A stretch of DNA of 63,361 bases, filler included, from Octopus bimaculoides (lineage: Eukaryota), in assembly GCF_001194135.2 (NCBI RefSeq). It is 4 parts of 4 records of this genome, joined end to end, with 100 filler letters (N's around TTAATTAATTAA, not from the genome) between each part and the next. Parts side by side here need not be neighbours in the genome. Positions count along the whole stretch, not along the records: positions 1 to 21,031 come from NC_068989.1; positions 21,132 to 50,521 come from NC_068998.1; 2 more parts are not named here. One strand, given 5' to 3'. Under the pieces are notes generated by a model that was not told where the DNA came from, made no database searches, and worked only from the letters and a program-made list of their open reading frames with translations. Of the stretch, positions 10,451 through 23,599 are shown in pieces. Both the position numbers and the translations under genes were made by a program. Each line of letters begins with the position of its first letter. Position 1 is the first letter of the stretch.

Positions 10451-13015
10451 AACTGCAGGAATTTTGGAATAAAATTTGGACAGAAGAATAAACACAATGA
10501 AAAACCCCCTTGGATTGAAAGAGTATCTACAGACTTAGAATCCTTAGAGGAGCAAAAGTGGGAGGGTGTGAAGGTAGAAGATATAAGATCTGCTATCAGG
10601 AGATCAAGCAAATGGAAGTCTCCAGGAAAGGATAAAATTCCTAACTTCGGGTTGACTACCGTCCCAGAGAGCCATGAACTGCTAACGAAAATTTACAACG
10701 ATGTTTTGCAACATCCTAGTATGATACCCTCTTGGCTAGTTAATGGTTTAACATTCATACTTCTAAAAAATGAAGAAACAAATGAAGTAAAAATTTCTCT
10801 ACCCATAACCTGCTTAACAACAATGTATGAAACGCTAACATCTGTCCTGGCTGAATATACCTATAGTTTTTTAATAGAAAGTAGCATATTCCCTAATGAG
10901 CAAAAAGGATGTAAACGTGGATCTTATGGTTGTAAAGATCAGCTACTCATCAATAAGATGATCAAAAACTTGTCAATAGCCTGGTTAGAAAATAAAAAAG
11001 CTTTTGATAGCCTACCACAAAGCTGGATTAAGAAATGTCTAGAAATGCATAAAATAGCTTTTACTCAGCTAAACGTTTTGTCTGTAAGCATGAGATCATG
11101 AAAAACCACACTCACTTCAAACAGTGACAATGAATCTCTAAATGCTGGTCATGTGGCATTTTCCAGAGTGACTCACTATCACCACTCCTCTTTTGTCTAG
11201 CCTTAATACCTCTCTCAAAATTGCTCAATGATGCACAGTATGATTATAAAATGTTTGATAAAAATATAAATCATCTCATTTATATGGATGATTTAAAGCT
11301 ATTAGCAAAAAAATGACCAACAACTCAAGGGCTTACTAGCGATTGCTAAACAATTCAGTGACGATATCAGGATGCCATTTGGCCTCGATAAATGTGCAAA
11401 AGCTACCATTATGAAAGGGAAAATGGCAGAAACATCTAGCGTTAACCTTGACCAGCAGAATGTCATAAAAGATTTAGAACCGGCAGAGAGCTACAAATAA
11501 TTAGGGGTAATTGAAGGAGACGGAATCAAGCATTCAGTGATGAGGGTAAAGATCATAAGAGAATGTTATCGCAGGGTGAGAGCAATACTTAAGACAGGGC
11601 TGAATGCAAGAAACGGGATCGAAGCGATCAATGCTTTAGCTATAACAATTGTAACTTATAGTTTCAATATCATTAACTGGTCAGTTACTGAAATATGTAA
11701 TCTTGACAAAAAATAAGAAAAGTATTGACAATGCATAGAATGCACTACCTTAAGGCAGATACAGAACGACTTCATCTGCCAAGAAAAGAAGGAGGCCGTA
11801 GACTTTTACAACTGGTATTAACAATGAAATTTGCCACAATTGGCCTAGATATCTTCCTGAAATCTCAGAGGACTGGATGATAAAACTTGTCTTAAAACAC
11901 GAAAACAAGAGAGCATCATACTCAACAATAAAACAGGCAAAATAGGCAAATTCTAAGTGAATTCCAAATACAACAAATTCCGGAATTAGACATACAAGTA
12001 ACAAGCGCAGAATAAGCTAAGCGCGTGGAAACCTATGCTAAAACTGCTGTCTAGATATTGTGACTGATAAATGGCAAGAAAAACCGCTCAATGGCAAGTA
12101 CCCAAAGAGAGCGAATAATTCCGACGTTGACAAAGCCCTTACCCATTAATGGCTAATGGCTTCTGGCTTAAAATCTGAAACAGAAGGGTATATCAATGCC
12201 TAGCTATAAGGAACTACCAGGCCAATATATTAAAGAACGGCAGCTTCCCAACATGTCGTATATGTCAACAACAAAATGAAACCATCGATCATGTTGTCTC
12301 CATGTGCAATCTTCTTGCGCCTACAGAGTATCTCAACAGGCATGATAGATCTGCACAATATATTCACTGGGTAATTTGCAAAAACCTGGACTTACCCCAT
12401 GATAAAAAAAACTGGTGGGAACACAAACCACTTCCAGTGCTTGAAAATGATCACATCTCACTCCTCTGGAACTTCACCATTCTAACTCACAGAAAGATAT
12501 ATGCAAATAGGCCAGACATCATATTGAAAAACTTCAGATAAAAATCATGCCTCCTCTCTGATATGACTGTCCCAATCGATATAAACATATCTATCAAGAC
12601 CTACCAAAATCTAAACAAGTATAAAGATCTTGAAATAGAAATTAGCAAAATGTGGAACCTGAAGACTATGATAATACCTGTTGTCATAGGTGCCCTGGGA
12701 ATGATAGCAATAGGGGCTGATTGCTACCTAGCTCAGATACCAGGAAACCCCAAAATGGCAGAAATTCAAAAGATAGTGCTCAAGGGAACTGCCCGTATCC
12801 TACGCAAAATACTTTCTATGTAATCTCAAATTTTAAAACAAACACAATTTTCTCATGGTTTCTTAAACACTCTCTAAAACAACACTATGTGCAAAACCAA
12901 ATATATGGCACCCTAGGCATAACACCAACATGAACTTCAAACTTGTTGTCTCTCGAGGTCTCTGGGTGAAACTTGGAGCCAACTTGTACAAATGCAAAGC
13001 AAAAGTCAAATATAA

Positions 13016-13016
<1 letters not shown>
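10451..13016 (+). mobile_element. R4/Dong-like non-LTR retrotransposon, 5'-truncated, decayed (RT, CCHC finger, restriction-like endonuclease)
   Basis: WKSPGKDKIPNF, PITCL, EQKGCKRGSYGCKDQLLINK, KKAFDS, FQSDSLSPLLFCLAL, YMDDLKL, FGLDKCA, CRICQQQNETIDHVVSMC, RHD, RPDII, DMTVP…KYKDL; ends in (TAA)n. Confidence 0.92.
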
Positions 13017-13079
<63 letters not shown>

Positions 13080-13093
13080 GTAATAACAATAAC

Positions 13094-13131
<38 letters not shown>

Positions 13132-13146
13132 TAACAATAATAATAA
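13017..13146 (+). repeat. (TAA)n microsatellite
   Basis: Directly visible; a further (TAA)n lies at 13706-13794. Confidence 0.95.
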
Positions 13147-13220
13147 TGATTACTACCTAGCTCACATACCAGGAAACCCCAAAATGGCTGAAGTTCAAAA
13201 GATAGTGCTCATGGGAACTG
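13147..13220 (+). mobile_element. Second, 5'-truncated copy of the same R4/Dong-like family (continues into gap)
   Basis: Matches 12718-12791 with 5 substitutions in 74 bp; followed by N gap then (TAA)n. Confidence 0.8.
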
Positions 13221-13705
13221 NNNNNNNNNNNNNNNNNNNNNNNNNNNNNNNNNNNNNNNNNNNNNNNNNNNNNNNNNNNNNNNNNNNNNNNNNNNNNNNN
13301 NNNNNNNNNNNNNNNNNNNNNNNNNNNNNNNNNNNNNNNNNNNNNNNNNNNNNNNNNNNNNNNNNNNNNNNNNNNNNNNNNNNNNNNNNNNNNNNNNNNN
13401 NNNNNNNNNNNNNNNNNNNNNNNNNNNNNNNNNNNNNNNNNNNNNNNNNNNNNNNNNNNNNNNNNNNNNNNNNNNNNNNNNNNNNNNNNNNNNNNNNNNN
13501 NNNNNNNNNNNNNNNNNNNNNNNNNNNNNNNNNNNNNNNNNNNNNNNNNNNNNNNNNNNNNNNNNNNNNNNNNNNNNNNNNNNNNNNNNNNNNNNNNNNN
13601 NNNNNNNNNNNNNNNNNNNNNNNNNNNNNNNNNNNNNNNNNNNNNNNNNNNNNNNNNNNNNNNNNNNNNNNNNNNNNNNNNNNNNNNNNNNNNNNNNNNN
13701 NNNNN

Positions 13706-13798
<93 letters not shown>

Positions 13799-13854
13799 CA
13801 ACAACAACATCGAAATGTACCTTAGGAATGAGAATCCAGGTTCGAAATTTCCCC

Positions 13855-13903
13855 AAGACACCTGATGAATGCTGGAGGGTATATCATCCCAAACGTTGTG
13901 ATA
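13855..13903 (+). ncRNA. Degenerate minimal hammerhead motif in PLE-type pLTR fragment (13810-13955)
   Basis: aagacac CTGATGA atgctg gagggtatat catcc cAAA CGTT gtgat; same family as the 49964 copy. Confidence 0.55.
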
Positions 13904-14772
13904 ACAACAAACAAGATGAGGATAAATATCCGTCAAATTTAAATAATGTAAATAATGTATACATACATACATGCATATACATACATTTTCTTCTCTCACA
14001 TACATACACGTATACCTTTCTACACTCCCCATTTCTGTCATCTCATCCCTTTCTCTCGAAGAGAGTAGACAGCGTGATACATCAAAGATTTCTCCATTCT
14101 TCCCGGGCGTCAAACTAACACACCTGTTTGTTGTTCTCTCACATGGCTCTGTCTTTTGTTTGCTGAACATTTGAACCATATATACATACATATATATATT
14201 TACATACATACATACATATATATAAACATATATATATACATATATANNNNNNNNNNTGTGTGTGTGTGTGTGTGTGTATCTATGTATATATTTGCATATA
14301 TGTACATATATACATATCTCTTCATCTGCTTTTCATGTTTATATGCATCCATTTATAAATTGGTACACATTCGACAAGACTTGTATATACAACACATAAT
14401 GAGGGTACAAAATAGCTTGCTTTCTCAAAATGCAATAAGGGAACGTGGAAATAAATAAATGCGTTAAAAAGAGAGAAGGCAAGAAACGGAGGAGTTCATT
14501 GCTGATGATAGGGAAAAAATGGCACAATTTTTTAAGCCCACCTGATATCAATGGTGTTACAGACGCGGCCTTTCCAACAATCATTCAATATGCAGAGTGA
14601 GATTTTAGAACTATTTGGCAACGTTCAATAGGCCTATTGAGTAATTTCTTTTGTAGTCTAGGTTTTTGGTAGAATCCATAGTGTTATATAATCCTGCCTA
14701 GTGCTAAGTTAGATGGACCGACGAATTGAAAAGAATCAGGCGTTGGTGATACGTTGTGTTGTTGCAGACAGT

Positions 14773-15157
14773 TGTTGTTGTTGGCACTCCGTCGCTTATG
14801 ACGTTGAGAGTTCCAGTTGATCCGATCAACGGAACAGCCTGCTCGTGAAATTAACGTGCAAGTGGCTAAGCACTCCACAGACACGTGTACCCTTAACGTA
14901 GTTCTCGGGGATATTCAGCGTGACACAGTGTGACAAGGCTGGCCCTTTGAAATACATGTACAACAGAAACAGGAAGTAAGAGTAAGAGAAAGTTGTGAAA
15001 GAGTACAGCAGGGTTCGCCACCATCCCCTGCCGGAGCCTCGTGGGGCTTAAGGTGTTTTCGCTCAATAAACATTCACAACGCCCAGTCTGGAAATCGAAA
15101 CCGCGATCCTATGACCGCGTGTCCGCTGCCCTAACCACTGGGCCATTGCGCCTCCAC
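14773..15157 (-). mobile_element. Full-length tRNA-derived SINE (family D) with (CAA)n tail
   Basis: tRNA-like head gtggaggcgcaatggcccagtggttagggcagcggac…ggtttcgattt; 13-bp TSD tgttgcagacagt at 14760-72 and 15158-70. Confidence 0.92.
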
Positions 15158-15895
15158 TGTTGCAGACAGTACCAAGTAGCTATAATCAAAGACACATTGA
15201 ATACTATGAAAGACAGCAAATAAGATCACTATGTATTTAACAACGTTTAACGGCATCTTGTTTCACTGCACGTAACAGAGCTTGAGAGCATAATATTAGA
15301 TGAATGAGTGAGTGAGTGAGTGAGAGGGAGTGATGGGGAAAGAGGGGGAAAGAGAGAGGAGAGAATGGTGTGTAGGGTATATCAATGTGAAAATATTTTG
15401 ACTGATGTGATTAGAAGACCAATCAATGTTTTGCCTTAAGTGTTAACAGCCCTAGGCAAGTACAAACAAGTTTCGTGTATTTATTTTTTCGAAAGAAAAT
15501 GGGCGCTAGTGTTTGATTCGCTGAATTTGTGATAGAAATTAAGAGAAATTTTCCACATGAACGATAAGGATAAGAAACTGATCGCAAATTTTAGTCTTCG
15601 TTATTTGAAAATCAGAGACGTCAAACTTTTTTATTGCATTAGTTTTTTGATGCTCGTAAAAATAGACTTCATGTAACCATTATTGTTAGTTACGTAGCGG
15701 CAGTTTATAATAGCTATTCTGAGATTTGCAATTTATTATGTAACCAATATATGCAAGTAATTAACTGTTTTCAATCTGCACTGATAACTAACATCTAAAA
15801 TTACTTCATAGGAAAGCATCCCATTGTATTAGCTCAATTATATTTCTTAATCGTCCTTAGTTTAAATCTTTTGATATCAATTTTACTTTAATATT

Positions 15896-16557
15896 CTTTT
15901 CTACTCTAGGCACAAGGCCCGAAATTTTGGGGGAGGGGGTAAGTCGGTTAGATCGACTCCAGTACGCAACTGTTGTTTAATTTATCGACACCAAAAGGAT
16001 GAAAGGCAAAGTCGCCCTCGGCGGAATTTGAACTCAGGACGTAAAGACACGAAATACCGCTAAGCATTTCGCCCGGCGTGATAACATTTCTTATTTCTTT
16101 ATTGCCCACAGGGGGCTAAACATAGAGGGGACAAACAAGGACAGACAAAGGGATCAAGTCGATTACATCAACCCCAGTGCGTAATTGGTACTTAATTTAT
16201 CGACCCCGAAAGGATGAAAGGCAAAGTCGACCTCCGTGGAATTTGAACTCAGAACGTAACAGCAAACGAAATACCGCTAAGCATTTCGCCCGGCGTGCTA
16301 ACGTTTCTGCCAGCTTGCTACCTTAATTTTACATTAATATTTTTTTCTACTGTAGGCACAAGGCCCAAAATTTTGTGGGAGAGGGAAAAGTCGATTAGTT
16401 CTACCGCAGTACACAACTGGTACTTAATTCATCGACCCCCAAAATGATGAAAGGCAAAGTAGACCTCGGCGGGATTTGAACTCAGAACGTAAAGTCAGAC
16501 GAAATACTGCTAAGCATTTTGCTCGTCGTGATAACGCTTCTGCCAGCTCGCCGGCTT
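15896..16557 (-). mobile_element. Three tandem tRNA-derived SINEs (family A)
   Basis: Three copies of gaatttgaactcag…taagcatttcgcccggcgtg (reverse B-box/head) at 15896-16090, 16091-16324 and 16342-16557. Confidence 0.9.
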
Positions 16558-16677
16558 AATTTTACTTTAATATTGGCATCGTAAACATATTCGCTTGAAT
16601 TAAATGTTACCCCCTGCCAGCAGACCGTGTTCGATTTTCTTCTGTATCAAATACGCACACATGGATGCATACTTAAA

Positions 16678-17748
16678 CAGGAGGGTAGGCAAAAATTATA
16701 TGCGCTTTTGTTTCTCTGATTTAGCAAAATAAAAGCACAGGTTGAATAATTGCATCATTTTTTTTTCTTTCTTACATAGACTCCTTACTTTTCGATGCAC
16801 TTCTTCCAGCACTCCACAAGCTTGGTTATTCCATAGCAGAAAATTTTCGACTAATCACGCAACCATTTATGCACCGCATCTTGCACTTCGACCGTTGCAA
16901 ATTGAGAACATTGTAAAGGTTGTTTGAGAGGTCCAAAGAGTGATAGCCGGAAGGGGCGAGATCTGGACCATGTGCAGGGTGTTTCAGCAACATAAAACCC
17001 AATTTTGCAATGGTCTCAACAGTACGGACGTATATGGATGTGCATTGTCATGTAACATTAACACTTGCTTTAACCATTCATCTCGGTGTTCGGAGTAATG
17101 ATTTCAGCTTGTCGGCCAGGATTGTAGCCGACGTTGGTGACTGTAGACCGCTTTTTCAGGTAATGTTTCAGTATAGGCCCTTTTGCATCTCCCCAAAACG
17201 GTTAGCATCACTTTTTCTGCGGAAGATTAATGGTTAAAATTTTTTCTAGTGATTGTGGGCGTTTCTACCACATGTGCTACCGTTTAAATTCTCACTCAAA
17301 GTGATGAACCCATGCCTCATATTCTGTGATTATTCTCTTCAGTAAAACCTCGCCTTCATCGTTATAGGGGTCGAGTAAACGGTGACAGACCTTTACACAA
17401 TTGCATTCATGCCCTTTGGTGAGCTCTCTTGGTACCTATCTCGCACCGGTCTTACGGAAGCGAAGCTTTCCATGGGTGATTTTGTATGCAGAACCATGAC
17501 AAATTTGCAGAGAACATGCCACCTTATCGATGGTAAGCCAAAACCATCTCACGAGCTTGTGGAACCATCATATCAATGGTGAAAGCTGATGATCGTCCCG
17601 CTCCCTCATTGTACTTCAGGATTATCCAGCTGTTTTTAAAATTCTCGATCCACTCATACTTTTTCGCTGTAGATCGCTGTCGTCATACTGTACTGAAAGC
17701 CTGAAATGAATTTCATGCCTTGGTACACATTCAGATCGGAGTAATTAG
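16678..17748 (-). mobile_element. Second mariner remnant (different subfamily), 5' end lost in gap
   Basis: Minus-strand remnants RLSVQYDDS…YEWIENFKN…GAGRSS, *VPRELTK, RIITEYEAWVHHFE, LHDNAHPYT, GPDLAPSGYH, KLVECWKKCIEK; TIR-like gagggtaggcaaaaattat at ~16681. Confidence 0.82.
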
Positions 17749-18306
17749 NNNNNNNNNNNNNNNNNNNNNNNNNNNNNNNNNNNNNNNNNNNNNNNNNNNN
17801 NNNNNNNNNNNNNNNNNNNNNNNNNNNNNNNNNNNNNNNNNNNNNNNNNNNNNNNNNNNNNNNNNNNNNNNNNNNNNNNNNNNNNNNNNNNNNNNNNNNN
17901 NNNNNNNNNNNNNNNNNNNNNNNNNNNNNNNNNNNNNNNNNNNNNNNNNNNNNNNNNNNNNNNNNNNNNNNNNNNNNNNNNNNNNNNNNNNNNNNNNNNN
18001 NNNNNNNNNNNNNNNNNNNNNNNNNNNNNNNNNNNNNNNNNNNNNNNNNNNNNNNNNNNNNNNNNNNNNNNNNNNNNNNNNNNNNNNNNNNNNNNNNNNN
18101 NNNNNNNNNNNNNNNNNNNNNNNNNNNNNNNNNNNNNNNNNNNNNNNNNNNNNNNNNNNNNNNNNNNNNNNNNNNNNNNNNNNNNNNNNNNNNNNNNNNN
18201 NNNNNNNNNNNNNNNNNNNNNNNNNNNNNNNNNNNNNNNNNNNNNNNNNNNNNNNNNNNNNNNNNNNNNNNNNNNNNNNNNNNNNNNNNNNNNNNNNNNN
18301 NNNNNN

Positions 18307-18359
<53 letters not shown>

Positions 18360-18399
18360 GTTTGTGTGTGTGTGTATGATCATATATAATAAATATATA

Positions 18400-18720
18400 C
18401 TGCACCTTTTATATAAATGGCAATGTCTGTTTGTCTGTCTGTCCATCTGTCTGTTACCAATTTAGTGACTAAACCACGGAACCAATTTTGACGAAACTTT
18501 GCATACATGCAACACTAGCATCCATTTCAATAATAGCTTAATTGAATTTCAATAAAAAATCTATAACCTGCTTCCCAGAGACGTTAGGCGAATTATATAA
18601 TAAAAGGAGAAAGATGAAAAATTATAAGTCTGAGAGAGAGGGTGACTTCTATCAGAGAGGCCGAGAACAGCGGTGATAATTGGATGGTAGCGTTACTATA
18701 GCTGTCATATAAGTTAGTAA
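18400..18720 (+). mobile_element. Possible Helitron/Helentron-associated non-autonomous repeat
   Basis: atataaatggcaatgtctgtttgtctgtctg followed by ggaaccaattttgacgaaactttgcatac resembles DINE-1/HINE-type 5' regions as recalled; termini not confirmed. Confidence 0.35.
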
Positions 18721-18942
18721 CAGAGAGAAAGGGTGATTTCTATTGGTGAAGGGGAAAACAGTGGTGAACGGGATGGTAACGTTACTATTAGCTGTCATAC
18801 AGGCGACGCTACATACATATTTTCGTAAATACATAAATACAATACGCGCACACTCGCACACACACACATACCCTCACACGCAGGAGGGTGAGTACGTGGC
18901 TTTTCTACTGTCCGTCGCAAAGAAACACACACACAGACACCA

Positions 18943-19050
<108 letters not shown>

Positions 19051-19590
19051 CAATACATACATACATACATACACATGTCTACTATACAACATGTTTAAAC
19101 TCGTGATAACCTGACTGTACGTTTGTAAATTTGTGTATGTGTGTGTGTTTCACGTCCTGTAACTGGATGTCTCTCTACTTTTGTGGCTGAATTACGCCTA
19201 ACTCGTATAAAGCTTTATATATTGACATGGGTTGGGGATAGGAATGGGAGTGGAATTAAAACGGGAACTGGACAGGGAACAGGATAGGACTCGAAACAAT
19301 GTAATGGAAATGGGAACTGGAAATAACCCCTGTATTTCCGGATTCAGCTATATATGTATGTATTTACATATATATTTCTATAGATATAGACAGAGAGAGA
19401 AAGAGAGCGATACATATATGTGTACATGTGTGAGCATATGCATATATACATATGACTGCGTGTATATGTATTTTCATATGTACATATGTATATATAAATG
19501 TGTGTCTGTCTGTCTGTCTGTCTGTGTCTGTGTGTACGTGCATGTGTGTGTGTGCATGAGTGTGTGCACATGCACAAATACATGCATATG

Positions 19591-19687
<97 letters not shown>

Positions 19688-20990
19688 TGAGAAAGTGAGA
19701 GACATATACGTATATATTTTCTTACCGCCGCTCTTAATCGAGCATGACTTTGTACAAGAAATCAGTTTAATGTTTTTATTTTATTTTTATTTTTCATATG
19801 AAGAAATTCTTTCAACGATATTTTGATCTTTTTGACATTCTATAGCAAACACCCGAGTATAGACTTAACCCCAAATATTTTTAAATATTGCTGATACAAG
19901 TAGTGTAGTGGATCTTGTTCGAGCTTGTTCTCTGTTTTTGTTCTGATTATTGCTTCATCCTTAAACTCTGGAACAATTTTTCGTTCCATTTAACCCTTCG
20001 CCTGCAATGTTTTCTCACATTCACTCGCAATCAAAATACACACTTCATTGCACGGAAATTGTTTCGAGGAGTCTCTTCGACTGTTTTCTCATTTTCACCC
20101 TTGGGTACAACGTGTTCCATTTACTATAATTGGTATTGTAGCAAGAAAGTCTCAAAGTTAAACGTATTACAAATCTGCAATCCTCCTGGCTGGAGATGTA
20201 AATTCATCAAGAAATGTTACCTAGAATTCGGAAATGGTTCCATTGGCAAAGGATTAGTTTTTTTGTACACTCTGTTTCTCAGCAAATTGGAAGTCAGTAA
20301 TAATGCTTGGTACACATCTTCATCTTTCAACAGTTTCATGCTTCGTTTGTTCCACAGTGGACCAATGAGCTTGTCGATAGTGACCCTACCTATTGGGCTT
20401 TGCACTTCTTGTCCTGACTATTGTTATAAGAAATCAGGCAGAAATTTCAAATCGCACATTAAAAATGGTGTATAGTTTGCTATACAACTTCTAGTGAATG
20501 AACAAGTGTTGAATCAGCAGCGTAAAATGTTGTACTCGGATAAACACATCACGGCACTTCTTGATGGATATTAGTTTACATATGTCCAATAACATATCAT
20601 CCACTCATGCGTATATGTTTATGCGGTCGTGCCGATAAACGTGACTGAGAAACATTCAGCTTTTGGAGGAGTTTGCCACATAGCCAACGTTCTCTGAAGA
20701 ATTAGGGACGTTTATAGTCTACTGTCATAGACTTCTTCTGGGATACTGTCTGCACCACATAGATAACATTCAGAAGTGTCGGTGAAGTTTACAATGCAGC
20801 GGCATCCATTCAATTGCGAAGCTGGTCAGTGCTACAGGTTTTAAAGATTTTGTCTCATTGATGCACGTTAGCAGCTCCAATATATTCGGTGAGAGGCCCA
20901 TACTGGTATCATCCAAAAGTCTGTACATATTCACAGACCTTCAATGGAATATTACTGCTACTCTAGAAACTACACACACACACGCACACA

Positions 20991-21031
<41 letters not shown>

Positions 21032-21223
21032 NNNNNNNNNNNNNNNNNNNNNNNNNNNNNNNNNNNNNNNNNNNNTTAATTAATTAANNNNNNNNNNNNN
21101 NNNNNNNNNNNNNNNNNNNNNNNNNNNNNNNTATATATAGACACACACACACACACACACACAGACACACACACATATATATATATATAATATATATATC
21201 TTAGATATATTATATATATTATA

Positions 21224-21269
<46 letters not shown>

Positions 21270-21639
21270 CTATATATGTATGTTTACATACATAATACAC
21301 ACACACATACATGTACGTGCATATGTGCGGATGTACTTTTGTGTGTGTGTCTGTATGTGTGTGTGTGTTTGCAGTTTTGATAATCTCACCATCAAGGAAC
21401 GGGTCATTTCATAAACACAGAATGTAGGATTGTGTATATATGTCTAAACATGCGTGTATAATCGGTATAAACGTGCAAGCCTATATATTTCGGATTATAT
21501 GCGTGTGTATGCGTTTGTGTGTATCTTATACACACACACACACACACGTGTGCGGTAAGAAGCTTGCTAGAACAAGCGGGATAGATTGAACTCAAAGCAT
21601 GAGTGTATATATTTTCAATGTCATACATACATACAAACG

Positions 21640-21684
<45 letters not shown>

Positions 21685-21747
21685 CAACACTACTACTACT
21701 ACCAACACTACTACTACTACTACAAGTACTACTACCACCACCACCAA

Positions 21748-21792
<45 letters not shown>

Positions 21793-21864
21793 CAACACTA
21801 CTACTACTACCACTACTACTACTACCACTACTACTAGTACTACTACTACTACTACTACTACTAC
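21640..21864 (+). repeat. Compound (TAC)n microsatellite with recurring ccaacac interruptions
   Basis: Directly visible. Confidence 0.95.
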
Positions 21865-22189
21865 ACCACTGCCGGACTGAGATCAATAAATTAGGTACCA
21901 GTTTAAAACTGGAGGTTGATGTAACCGACTTACCCTTTCCCCTAAAGTAGCTGGCCTCAAAAATTTGAAACTAATAGGATTACAAGGCCTGAAAGTTGGG
22001 TTTAAGATGATAGTCCATCAGCTTTCAGCTGGTATGTATTTTAAAGAAAGGCAATGTCCACCTTGGCGGAATTTGAACTTAAAGAAATGGCGAGAAATGG
22101 CGCCAAGCATTTTGTGCGACGCACTAAAGATTTTGCTTGGTTGCTGTCTTCGTACCATCGATAATAAGCGTGGTAGATAGTGTATCAGT

Positions 22190-22519
22190 TAAGAAGAAGA
22201 AGAAGAAGGAAATGGAGAAGGAGGAAAGGGAGAAAGAGAAGGGGAGGAAAAGGAGAAAAAGAAGGGGGAGGGGAAGAAGAAGAAGAAGAAGGAGGAGGAG
22301 GAAAAGGAGAAGAAGAAGAAGGAGGAGGAAAAGGAGAAGAAAGAGGAGAAGAAGAAGAAGGAGGAAAGGGAGAAGAAGATTGAGATGGAGGAGAAGAAGA
22401 AAGAGAAGAAGAAAAAGAAGAAGAAGGAGAAGGAGACGGAGAAGAAGGAGGAAAAGGAGAAGAAAGAGAAGACGAAGAAGAAGGAGAAGAAAAAGGACAA
22501 GAATGAAGAGAAGAAGTAG
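22190..22519 (+). repeat. ~330-bp (GAA/GGA) polypurine tract
   Basis: Almost purely A/G on the + strand. Confidence 0.95.
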
Positions 22520-23101
22520 GATGGAATCGATTTACATGCTCCCACGAAATTGCTGGCCTTGTGTCAAAATTTGAAACCATTATTTATAGCGTTATCCGCT
22601 TGGAGATCAGATGTTCTAATAAAGTACTATTTCACGTTCTCTTGAAAGTCTATAAATTCTTATGACGTCAGCAACTATTCTGATTGTCGCAATTGATGTT
22701 ATTGTTGATACTGTTGTTGTTTTCTTAACGTTGTTGCCATCGTTGTTGCCGTCGTCGTCGTCGCTCTCATTGCTGTTATTATTATTATTGTTGTTATTGT
22801 TGTTGTTGATGTTGTGTCATAGGTGTAAACGAGATGACAAGCAAATTATCATAACAAACACACCATGAGAGAGAAAGAGAAAGGAAATAGAGCGAACAGC
22901 TGTTAAGATAATAAAATGAATGACATTCTCCTCCCACCATGGGGCCTTTAATTCTTTATCAAACACCGTGTTGTCATTTGTCTTTGTGTTCTTCTATAGT
23001 TTTTAATCTTTAGATCTACCCACATTGAGTCCTTACAACACAAAAACCTTAGCAATTGGCCCCGGACGGGTTTTGCACACTTTGAAATACGTTTCAACAC
23101 G

Positions 23102-23163
<62 letters not shown>

Positions 23164-23553
23164 CATTTACATTAGTTAAAGACGTTAGGTTGTTTGTGTA
23201 TGTGTATATATATATATATATGTGCGTGTATGTGTGTTCATATGTATGTATGTATCTATATATATACATATATAAATATGCACACACGCACGTGTGTGTA
23301 TGTGAGCGTGTAGGAGGTTTTTGTATGTATACATGTTTCTCACTCCAAGTATGTGGACGTGTGAGTGTGTGTATGTGAGTGTGTGTGGGACAACTGAGTG
23401 TATCTTACGTATGTAAGTGTTTCTTTAAATACGTATGTCTATATCTATATATGTATGTATATATGCATTTATCCATGCATAAATGGATATCATATTGAGA
23501 GTGAAACGGTATAATTTTGTACTACGTACGTATATTATATATGTGTGTGCGTG

Positions 23554-23599
<46 letters not shown>

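Noticed and set aside
14773-15157. tRNA-like sequences (also 32.3, 40.7, 46.8, 55.4 and 62.4 kb)
   Set aside because: SINE heads lacking a complete cloverleaf, followed by SINE bodies; not tRNA genes
19915-20475. 186-aa plus-strand ORF
   Set aside because: No recognisable domain, and composition typical of an antisense or chance frame
21032-21131. TTAATTAATTAA flanked by 44 N on each side, repeated at 50522-50621 and 58933-59032
   Set aside because: Identical 100-bp layout with stops in all frames; an artificial scaffold-join spacer, not biology
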